A stretch of DNA of 64,000 nucleotides from the human T2T-CHM13v2.0 reference genome, Homo sapiens. Of the stretch, positions 15,296 through 26,317 are shown piece by piece. A model generated the notes under the pieces. That model was not told the DNA's origin and did no database searches. It worked only from the letters and a program-made list of their open reading frames with translations. The DNA lies in NCBI RefSeq assembly GCF_009914755.1, contig NC_060928.1; one strand, 5' to 3'. Position numbers and translations under genes: made by a program. Every line of letters begins with the position of its first letter. The stretch's first letter is position 1.

Positions 15296-16130
15296 TACTG
15301 AAAAACATGTTCTCCAAACTTTGTAGGGTTTTTCTTATCTCATTATAATATTCTGTAGCATAGATTGACAAAATCAAATATGCTATTTGGCTTTCCAATT
15401 TATTATATTTAGCATGAATAGTAACTATTATCCAAGTTTTTAAAAGACATTCACATAGTTATAAAAATAAGTTCATTTTTCTTAGTAATATCTGATTCTT
15501 CTGTGTTCAAAAATGTCACTTTGTGCATTCCAGTTTAATTCCCTATTAGAGTAAAAAGAGGAACATTTGACTGTAGTCTGAAGCTGAAACAGACAGGAAA
15601 CTCCCATTTTGGGTTTAGAGAATACATACAAAGTTTTTGAAAGAAATACTTAGACTTTAATAGAAGACACATTATCATAAGTCCTATTCACTTAATTAGC
15701 TGTTTTTCATTATGTTAAAACATTTTCTTATAAGGTAAACATTAGACAAATATGAATTATCTTCAATTAAACAGCATGTACTATTCATTTACCTTGCTCA
15801 TTTTCAAAACTCTGACAACTCTGAAATTTAAACATTCTCTAAAACGAATTATGTAGGATATTTATAATGAGATTTTCATAACCTTATATACATGATTATA
15901 CATGTGTAAATGAGAGATAAGCATCAAGGACTATGTCATAATCCATTTTTTTTGTTGTTGCTATAACAATACCACAGACTGGGTAATTTATAATGAACAG
16001 AAATTTATTTGGCTCATGGCTTTTGGACTGGGAAGTCCAAGAGCATGGTGCTGGCATTTGGTAAGGGCCTTTATGTTGCATCATCCCATGGCAGGAGGAG
16101 AAAAGGCAAGTTGAGCATACAAGACAGAGG

Positions 16131-16415
16131 AGCCAGGTGCGGTGGCTCATGCCTGTAATCCCAGCACTTTGGGAGGCCAAGGCGGGCAGATCACTTGAGG
16201 TCAAGGAGTTCAAGACCAGCCTGGCTAACATGGTAAAACCCCATCTCTACTAAAAATACAAAAATTAGCTGGGCGTGGTGGCCTATACCTGTGATCCCAG
16301 CTACTTGGGAGGCTGAGGCAGAGAGAATTACTTGAATCCGGAAGGTGGAGGTTGCAATGAGCCGAGATCCTGCCACTGCACTCCAGCCTGGGTGACAGAG
16401 TGAGGCCCCATATCA
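16131..16415 (+). mobile_element. AluS
   Basis: Full dimer; approximate TSD AGACAGAGGA/AGACAAGAGGA. Confidence 0.93.
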
Positions 16416-16503
16416 AAAGAAGAGGAAGAGGAAGAGGAGGAGGAGGAGGAAGAGGAAGAGGAGGAGGAGGAGGAGAAGGAAGAGGAAGAAGAAGAAGAAG
16501 AGA
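16416..16503 (+). repeat. (GAG)n/(GAA)n microsatellite derived from the Alu tail
   Basis: Pure purine triplet tract directly after the Alu. Confidence 0.95.
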
Positions 16504-16828
16504 CAAGAGGAAATTGGGCTGATCTCATTCTTTTATGAGGAACCCACTTTAGCAATAACTTACCATTACTGCAATAACAGCACTGATCCATTCATGAAGG
16601 TGCAGCCCTCATGACCTAATTACCTCTTGTAGGTCTCACTTCTTAACACTGTCACAATGCAATTAAATTTCAACATGAATTTTGGAAGGATATTCAAGCC
16701 ATAGCAGACCATTTCTTAAATTTGAAACTTATTTTAATTACCCCAATGACAGAATTAAAACAAATGCTGCACTATACATACTTTGTCATTTCATTTGAGT
16801 GCTATTTTCAAAATTAAATAGCCATAAG

Positions 16829-16998
16829 CAGTATTTTAAAAACGTTTTCTGAGTCTCAAACTTCCTTGAGAATCTGATAAATGTTATGGTCTGTCTTTCC
16901 AAACAGTGTCCACATATTCTTACACAAACATTTTTTAGGTAACTGAAGTGTTCATAGACCCTATGAAATCTATTCATAAGATCCAAGTTAAGAACCCT
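16829..16998. mobile_element. hAT-Charlie MITE (MER103-like)
   Basis: TTGAGAATCTGATAAATG ... CCAAGTTAAGAACCCT terminus. Confidence 0.6.
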
Positions 16999-17611
16999 TG
17001 TCATAAAGGTATGTTTAAATTAAAAGTGTTTTATACACAAATTAAAAAAAATATGAACTTCTTCTAATATTAGGAGATTACTAAGCAATTAACATGATAT
17101 GTTGATTTTTAGTAGTTCTACTCTAATATTCTTCAGCTTTCTGAGCTACCAAAACGGTTACATGTGTTAGAACCAAAAAACAAGATAGACATTTATGCAC
17201 ATATAACTTGTGTCTGCCTTCCCTTTTTTAGGATTCTCTCTGCTCCACCAACTTAAGAAAGAGGACATAATATTCCATAACAACACCTTTCTGTGATACG
17301 GAAATAGGCAGTAGACAAATTTATTTTCCCTTGGTCCAGAATAAGCCCAATGAACATAGGAGTTAGTTTGTTAAATTGTAAATGTAAATTTCAAAATGTT
17401 GACATGATTTTTCCTTGTCTCTATTTCCCTTTAGACCATCTCCCCCAGGCAAAGTGCTTATAATTTTTGTTTATTTTTCAAAACGATTACAAGAGAGTTT
17501 TAATATTGCCTTTAGCACTTCTTATTAGTAACTCTAGTTTTGTATAACATTTTGAATTCATCTTTGATCATAGTGGGCCCTCTTTATACATTTTGTATAT
17601 ATATATATATA

Positions 17612-17911
17612 TTTTTTTTTTCTTTGAGACAGTCTTGCTCTGTCATCTAGGCTGGAGTGCAGTGGTGGGATCGGCTCACTGCAAGCTCTGCCTCTTGGGT
17701 TCACGCCATTCTCTTGCCTCAGCCTCCCGTGTAGCTGGGACTACAGGTGCCTGCCACCACGCCCGGCTAATTTTTTGTATTTTTTTTTTTTTTAGTAGAG
17801 ACGGAGTTTCACCGTGTTGGCCGGGATGGTCTTGATCTCCTGACCCCATGATCTGCCCACCTTGGCTTCCCAAAGTGCTGGGATTACAGGCATGAGCCAC
17901 CATACCCGGCC
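17612..17911 (-). mobile_element. AluY/AluSc-like element
   Basis: GCAAGCTC and TTCACGCCATTCTC in the right arm; short left-arm GATCTCCTGACC..ATGATC. Confidence 0.92.
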
Positions 17912-18569
17912 ATATTATTTTGTATTGTATGTTTATCTAACATCTATCTATGGCATCTAAGATGTCTGTTTCAGCATAGAAGTTGTTTATATCAATATTT
18001 CTCAATCTTCTTTGTCTCAGGACCCTTTTATCCCATTAAAATTATTGAAGAGTGCAAAGAGATTTACTGTGTTCAAAATTAACACTAAGAAATTAGAAAA
18101 AATTATTGTAAAACAAGATGTATTCAATGTATCCACTTGTGTTTCCTCGTAGGCAAAAGGGAAACTCTAAGATTTCAAAATAATGATTTATGGATGAAGA
18201 TTAATTACATATAATATTACAAATATAGCAGATATAAGTGAAGAAAACTAGTAAGGGCACAATAGAAGTATTGAGAAAAACTGAATTTCTGGAAAAAAAG
18301 TTGTTCTCTATACCTGCCACTCCAGAATTTCATTTGAAAAAGCACAAGCATTTGTTTCATTAGCTACCAAATATTTTTATTTTGAGAGACTATTTCAGTT
18401 CTATGTACTTTTGTATGCACATATACTTTATCTGTGTGCATGTGTAGAGAAATGAAAATAATATTAAACTATCATTAATGATGATTATGTGGATTTAGTG
18501 TGATTTATGACTTTCTTCTGAAGTATTCTGCACTATATGACATTATGCTACTGCTGCTGTTACTGCTAA

Positions 18570-18770
18570 ATAATAAACACAATATCTAACTTTTCTTGAA
18601 CAAGGTGCTCAGCACTTGTCTAAATACCTCACAACTAACTCTATCAATCATCAAAATAATTGTTATTATCTCTGTCTTATAGATGAGGAAACCAAGGAAC
18701 AGAGTGGTAAGGTCTTATAATTTGCTGAGAATTCCACAGCTAGTTAGTGGTGGAACCAAGATAATCAGAT
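18570..18770 (-). mobile_element. MIR
   Basis: TTATAGATGAGGAAACCAAGG core. Confidence 0.65.
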
Positions 18771-19699
18771 ATCTTATTAAATGAGTGTTTTTAATATTTT
18801 ACCAGAAATAATTAGATAATTTGACTATATAAAGGAATAGATGAATTTATGTAAAGATTTATGAGAGTCTTATAACACTTGAATGTATTGAATACATGGA
18901 ACTAGAATTTCCATTGTAACTTCTATGTAACTGTAACTCTGCTTATTTTATCTTTACCACTGGAGAGTAGGTTCCTAAAAAATACTGAACTAGTTAGACC
19001 AAAAATGAAATAGGATTTCTCACAAGTCATTCTATTAGGTTTTTCCTTTGTTTCTCAAAATGTAACTTACCAGCTGCCTTCATCACCTACTGGTAAAAAG
19101 ATGTGCTGAGGCATTACAATGATCTTCATGACACATTTTCAGAAAATCAAGTAGTAATTGACTTCAGAGTTCAATCAAGTGCATTTTCTTATAGTTGTGC
19201 TGGGTTAAAGAATACCAGAAGGTTGCTGACACCCCAGTAGTTTATCACTCAAATGTTGCATCTTGAGATTTGGTACAAAATGAGGTTGAGACATTTCATA
19301 TTTTTCCAGGAGTCAAGAATTTCTGAAGCATGCCTCTAGGGCTAAAATTTCCAATTTCTGCTCACCATAAACTTCTTTTGAAGGTTTAGGATAAGTATAT
19401 AATCACGTGTTGCCAAGTATGCACCACTGTAATCTATCGCCCAGGGCCTATGTTTCTGTGGTGGGCAAGACTGAAAGATTAATATCTAGTTTTGATGCTC
19501 CAAGTCATTTGTCATTTTATGCCACAGATTGTGCTGTGGCATCTCTGCACAGGCATTTCTGATGTTTGATGACCTCTCTCATCCATGTCTTCATAAGAGT
19601 TTAGAGGATTTGGAGAAAGGAATTTGGTGTCACATGACAAGTGAAATTTGAATACAAGATGGTGGTAACCATAGATATATTATTTCACACCTCTTACAT

Positions 19700-20227
19700 G
19701 TTGCTTCAAATTCTTTCAGGTTAACCTGTCTCTAGAGACCTTGGCACTTTGCTTAACTTCGGCTGCTGTTGGAGGAGACCGACTCCTCATGAGCATCTGG
19801 GAAGTTCCATTGTCTCAACTGTCACATAAAACCTGGAACTACCCATGTACAAATATTGCTCAATGAAAGATGGTAGAAGCAGACAGGTAAAGTCCCTCTC
19901 CATTTCCTTTCTTTCTTTCTTTTTTTAATCTTAAACGTGATTATTTAAATATGTATATTTTTTAATTTTATTATTATTATACTTTCTCCATTTCCTTTCT
20001 AATGTTCATTCTAGGGCATGATGTCACTCTGGGGCCTGTTAATTTTGCAAGTAACATAGAGAAGGCTTGTGTCTTTTCATAAAGCAAGAACGTCGATTAA
20101 TGCATCATGTATTTACTTCCCATTGTTTCTTGCCTCATATGTCTTTTTGCTACTCTCATTTCCTGGTCAAGCATCAATACTCAAGCTTTGCCTCAGGCTC
20201 TATTGTCTAGAAAAGGTGGGCTAAGCA
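19700..20227 (+). mobile_element. Old ERVL-type LTR (LTR33/LTR16-like)
   Basis: Ends CTCAGGCTCTATTGTCTAGAAAAGGTGGGCTAAGCA, resembling the LTR33 3' terminus. Left boundary uncertain. Confidence 0.45.
19913..19984 (-). mobile_element. Minimal L1PA 3'-tip insertion with extra non-L1 sequence and an A-rich tail
   Basis: Exact 16-bp TSD TCTCCATTTCCTTTCT at 19897-19912 and 19985-20000. Insert on the minus strand starts AAAGTATAATAATAATAAAA, the L1PA terminus. Confidence 0.75.
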
Positions 20228-20339
20228 GGTACTCCAAAGTAGATTTTTAGAGCTGAATGATGGGTAAAATTTGTGTTTTTGTCATTTTCTCAACATGACT
20301 TTTATGCATGAAGGGAAACAAGATAAGATAGAATGTGTT

Positions 20340-20560
20340 GAGCTAGTACTTAGTCTGGGTTGGCCACCCTGTTAGTTGTTTTACACACACATTTTATACA
20401 ATAATCTTACAGTCCATTTGAATTTATACCTGTTTTACAGATGAGGAAACTGATGTCTAAAAATTTTCATGTAATATGTTTAAATTCACACAGCTATCAA
20501 GTGAACACATTGGGATTGATAGCCAGATTTGTCTCCAAAACCACGTTTTCTCTTTAACCA
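20340..20560 (-). mobile_element. MIR
   Basis: GTTTTACAGATGAGGAAACTGA core. Confidence 0.7.
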
Positions 20561-20887
20561 GTAAATTTGTTTAAATCAGTAATAACATGTGCCAGAAAGA
20601 ATTTTAATTGCTTTATAAGCATTGATAATAAGTAAATATCTTATTTAACAAGACTCAGAGAATTTATAAGACAAACATGGTTATCTTCTGAATGCTATTC
20701 TGCTTGAACTTAATGCTACTCTGCGATTTTAAGATGTAAGAGTCTTTGCCAAGAGTTATAGAGTTGGACTAATATAACCTCCAGTTTCTATAACTGATGT
20801 ACAAAACCTGTGTATTTAAGATCCAACGTTGAGATATTTTTTCTAAGATAACTTGATAATAGCAGTATCCGTAAACTTATCTTGTCA

Positions 20888-21512
20888 TTTTTTCAATTTA
20901 GATTTTAAATTCAGGGTTTACATGCTCAGGTTTGTCACAAGGGAATATTGTGTGATGCTGGGGTTTAGGCTTCTATTAATGCTATCACCCAGATAGTGAA
21001 TATAGTACCAATAGAAAGTATTTTTTAACCCTGGCTTCCCTTTCTCGCTCCCTGCTTTTGGAGTTGCCACTGTTCATCATTCCCATCTTTATGTCCACAT
21101 GTACCCAATGTTTGCTTCCTACTTATCCGTGGGAACATTGTGATATTTGGTTTTCTGTTTCTGCATTAATTCCCTTAGGATAATGACCTCCAGCTACATC
21201 CATGTTTCTGCAAAGGACATGATTTTATTCTTTTTTATGGCTGCATAATATTCCATGGCATAAATGTACCACATTTTGTTTATCCAGTTCACCATTGATT
21301 GGCACCCACGTTGATTGCATGACTTTGCTTTTATGAACAGTGCTGTGATAGACGTATGAGTGTTGGTGCTGTTTTAGTAGAATGATTTATTTTCCTTTGG
21401 GTATATACCTGGTCATGGGATTGCTGGGTTGAATGGTAGTTCTATTTTTAGTTCTTTGAGATATCTCCAAATTGTTTTCCACAATGCTTGGACTAATTTA
21501 CATTCCTACCAC
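20888..21512 (-). mobile_element. 5'-truncated L1 (L1PA16/L1PB-like) 3' end
   Basis: Reverse-complement L1 3'UTR and ORF2 end (GCAAAGGACATGATTTTATTCTTTTTTATGGCTGCA). Confidence 0.88.
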
Positions 21513-23494
21513 GAGTTAATGAAAGTCTTGGAGTTAATTTAAGTAATGCATATTGTCCCATAATTTTTCCTGGAATATATTGCGTTATTTACAGATTTAC
21601 ATTCAAAAAAGTAAGTGTGCCTCCAAGAACTTCTTCCCAATAGTTTTTATGGAAGGTGCAAAGTCATAAATTAAAAGTAAAAATGCTCTAGAGGAATACT
21701 GTAATCATGTAGGGGATTTTCCATGTTATGTTTTCTGTCCTTCCTTGGCCAAATCTTGCATAATTTGTCTTTGTGAGAAAGTTTAACAGATGTATTTGAA
21801 TGCATCCACCTTTTGGAATAGTATGGGATTAGCATCAGTTCTTTTGTTTAGAAAGCTCTATGTGGCATTGTCTTTCGTTTGGAAGTGAAATAACATATTA
21901 AACTCACATTTACAACGATTATCATCTTGTAAGGTAATGGAAGTTAGAAGAAGCTGTGAATTTAATTAGAATGTTTAGGAAAGGGTACCAAAAGTTGTGC
22001 ATCTGATATCAGTAGAATGTGAATACATTTTTCAGAAAAGGGAGATATTAGGGAGAAATTTGATTTAAGATATTCTGACCACTCAAATACATTACTGAAT
22101 TTCAGCATTTAATGAGCTTCTATGATGTCTCACAATTTTAATTATATATAAATAAAATCCTCCAATGCTAGTTTTTAAAATGGAAAGTAAAAAAGACAAC
22201 TTTTATGTGCACCCTGAGACCTATTCTCTCACTCTACTTTTCAAGGATCTGGGAGAAAAAGGTAAGGAGATTACATGTGGAATATATAAAACAAAAATGA
22301 GTTGTTTTGTTTGTTCTGCCTTCTAATGCATGCAGCTATTCTTGTCTCCTTAACGATCCCTCAGTGACTCAGGTGCCAGATTGTATTTTACATTAGATAT
22401 TCCTGGACCTAATTATTACCAGTTCACTTGTTTCCTGCCCAAATTCTGTTCATAACCCCTTACAGGACTTTACTACCACCTATAAAATATAAGCCATGTA
22501 ATTATTTTAAGAGATTTCTGCCTTTGTCTTACAAGAGAATGTGTTGAAGCAAATGTGGTATGATATGATTATTTGAAGTTTTATCAAATGCACTTGCAGT
22601 TCTCTATACTTATTTTTACTTTCACCTCTTAGCATTTCACCCATACAGTCAGACGCCTTCACTGCAGGCAAGAAACACAAAGCAGAAAAACAAAAGAAAA
22701 CAAAGAGTCCTTTTAAGATATCTCAATCTTTAGTTTTCAATTATAAAAATGCAGGTGCTAAAGAACTCAGGAAATCTAAAATCCATGGTGCTATAAAAGA
22801 AAAACTTCTTTTTTTAAAATCTAACTGAAAAACATTCCTAGGATAAGGGAGAATAAATCACTTCGTGCTGATGGATCCCATGGAAAGGGTACTGCTACAT
22901 TCCAAGGGAAGGAGAAAGCTATTTGTCTGAGGAGAAACCCTCAGACAAATCGGAGAAGCAGGAATCTCAAGCAGGAATCCCGTGTGACCAACTTTCCCAT
23001 ACAATCCCAGGTAAATCCTAGGAAAATAGGAGTCTGGTGGAGAGTGTCTGGGCAGATTTTTCTGAGTTGGCCTCATATGTTTTACTGAGGCTCAGAGCTG
23101 ATGGGAGCAGTAGAATATTTCCCATGTGGCAGAAGTGGCCAACAATGACCCGAGTAAATCAGTAATGGAACCAAAGATGGGCATAAGTATTAACAGATGA
23201 GATGCCAATATGTATATTTGATACCACCAACGATCAGCTGTATGACCTCTCTGTTCCACACTGTGATGTTATGAAGTCAAATTTAGGTGTAACTCCAGGG
23301 GAAGGGTGATGAAAATTGAGATTATTTGGCAGAATGGGACCAAAAAGAAAAAAAATTTAGTTATGACAAACAATGTTTATTTATTTATTTTGCACTAGGA
23401 TTTATGGATAAAACTTGTATCCATTTTTCCCCTTTATCCCCCCTCAAAATTCTACCCCTCACTTCAGAGGAAGGGAGTAATTACTAGATTATTG

Positions 23495-23910
23495 CCAGTG
23501 TTGTGCTGGTGAATGCTTAATACATAACTTTTCAGAAAACAAGAAGCTCATAATTTTAGCATTTGCCAATATTCATGGAGTGATTTTTAAGCCGCCAACT
23601 TCTGATGTAGTTAGTAGATGTATAGATGATGTATAGATAGAGATATAAGTATGGGCAGTTGAATGGATAGATAGATGGATGATGGATGGGTGAATAGATG
23701 CATGAATGGATAGATGTATGGAAGGACAGATGGGCAGATGGGTGGAAAACTGGGTGGTTGGATGGTTGAAGTAAGAGTCCCCAGACACAGTTATTAAAGT
23801 GCTACTGACCTATTTAATTTTAAGCTACCATCACTGCACATGAAAATGGGAAAGAGATGCAAAAAATCATCTCTTACAAGTTGGTACCAACCAGCTTCAG
23901 CTCATCATTG
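23495..23910. mobile_element. MER63-like hAT element with internal (TGGA/TAGA)n repeat (~23615-23770)
   Basis: Termini CAGTGTTGTGCTGGTGAATG and CAGCTTCAGCTCATCATTG; GATG/GATA tetranucleotide tract inside. Confidence 0.55.
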
Positions 23911-23941
23911 GCTATTGTCCATATGTACATGAAGCAGATCC

Positions 23942-26286
23942 TTTTTCTTTTTTAACTTTTATTGTAGGTTCAGGAGTACAAGTACAGGTTTGTAATATAG
24001 GTAAACTCTTGTCACAGGGGCTTGTTGTACAGATTATTTTGTCACCCAGGTACTAAGCCTAGTACCAAATAGCTATTTTTTCTGATCTTCTCCTTCGTCC
24101 CACCCTTGATCCTCAGGTAGATCCTCAGGGGACCCTTGATCCCCTCTTTGTGTTCATGAGTTCTCATCATTTAACTCCCACTTACATGTGAGAACATGTG
24201 ATATTTGGTTTTCTGTTCGTGCTTTAGTTTGCTAAGGATAATGGTCTCCAGCTCCATCCATGTTCTTGCAAAGGACATGATCTTGTTCCCTCTTATGGCT
24301 GCATAGTATTCCATGGGGTAGATGTACCATATTTTCTTTATCCAGTTTACCATTGATGGGAATTTAGGTTGATTCCATGTCCTTGCTATTGTGAATAGTG
24401 CTGCAATGAACATACAAATGCATGTGTCTTTATGATAGAATGATGTATATTCCTTTGGGTACATACCCAGTAATGGAATTGTTAGGTTGAATGGTAATTC
24501 TGTTCTTAGCTCTATAAGGAATTGCTACACTGCTTTCCACGATGGTTTCACTAATTTACATTCCCACCAGCACTCTATAAACATTACCTTTTCTCTGCAA
24601 CCTCATCAGCATCTTTTTTTTTTTTTTTGTCTTTTTAATAGTAGCCACTCTGACTGGTGTGAGATGGTATCTCATTGTGGTTTTGATTTCTTCAATGATC
24701 AGTGATGTTGAGCTTTCTTTCACATGCTTTTTGGCTGCATGTATGTCTTGTTTTGAGAAGTGTCTGTTCATGTCCTTTACTCACTTTTTAATGGTTTTTT
24801 TCTTGTAAGTTTAAGTTCATATAGATGCTGGATATTAGACCTTTGTCAGATGGATAGATTGCAAAAATTTTCTTCTATTCTGTAGGTTGTCTGTTTACTA
24901 TGTCGATAGTTTCTTTTGCTGTGCAGAAGCTCTTTAGTTTAATTAAATCCCATTTGTCAATTTTTGATTTTGTTGCAATTGCTTTTGTCTTTTTTAATAA
25001 AACCTTTGCCTGTTCCTATGTCCAGAATGATATTGCCTAGGTTGTCTTCTAGGGTTTTTATAGTTTTAGGTTCTACATTTAAGTCTTTAATTCATTTTCA
25101 GTTAATTTTTGTATACGACATAAAGGGAGGGGTTCAGTTTCAATTTTCTGGGTATAGCTAGTCAGTTATTCCAGCACCATTTAATGAACAGAGAGCTTTG
25201 CCCATTGCTTGTTTTTGTCAGCTTTGTTGAAGATCAGACAGTTGTAGGTGTGCAGCCTAATTTCTGGACTCTCTATTCTGGACTCTCTATTATAGGTGTG
25301 AGCCACTGTGCCCAGCCCTGAGCAGTGTTTTGTAGTTCTCCTTGTGGAGATTTTTTACCTCCCTGGTTAGCTGTATACCTAGGTATTTTATTCATTTTTT
25401 TGGCAATTGTGAATGGGATTGTGTTCTTGTTTGGCTGTTGGCTTGGCTGTTGTTGGTGTGTAGGAATGCTAGTAATTTTGGTTTACCAATTTTGTATCCT
25501 GAAGCATTGCTGAAGTTGTTTATCAGCTTACAGAGCTTTTTGGGTGTGACTATGGGGCTCTCTAGATATAGAATCACGTCATCTGCAAACAGGGATAGTT
25601 TGACTTTCTCTCTTCCTATTTAGATGTCCTTTACTTCTTTCTCTTGCCTAATTGCTCTGGCCAGGACTTCCAATACTGAGTTGAATATGAGTGATGAAAG
25701 AGGGCATCCTTGTCTTTGTCAGTTTTCAAGGGGAATACTTACAGCTTTTCCCCATCCAGGATGATGTTGGCTGTGGGTTTGCAAAGATTGCTCTTATTAT
25801 TTTGAGGTAAGTTCCTTCAATTCCTAGTTTATTTAGTTTTTAACATGAAGGTATGTTTAATTTTTATCAAATTTTTTCTGTAACTATTGAGATAATTATG
25901 TAGTTTTTGTCTTTAGTTCTTTTTATGTGATGAATCATATTTATTGATTTGTGTATGTTGAACCAACTTTGCATCCCAGGGATAGAGCCTACTTTATTGT
26001 GGTGGATTAGTTTTTTGATATGCTGCTGGATTCCATTTGCAATTATTTTGTTGAGGATTTTTGCATTGATGTTCATCAAGGATATTGGCTTGAATTTTTC
26101 TTTTTTTGTTGTATCTCTGTCAGGTTATGGTATGAGGATGATGCTAGCCTCATAGAATAAGTTGGAGAGGAGACTGTCCTCAATATTTTGGAATAGTTTC
26201 AGTAGGAAACTTTTCTTTGTCCCAGCTCTTCTTTGCACATCTGGCAGAATTCGGCTGTGGATCCATTAGGTAGTGGGCTTTCTTTT

Positions 26287-26317
<31 letters not shown>

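Larger units (their letters stand above)
15932..16706 (-). mobile_element. MST (MSTB/C-like) MaLR LTR interrupted by an Alu
   Basis: GCTATAACAATACCACAGACTGGGTAATTTATAA ... TCAAGCCATAGCA. Confidence 0.85.

Noticed and set aside
16225-16591. Poly-Ser and poly-Pro ORFs
   Set aside because: Translations of the GAG/GAA microsatellite plus Alu.
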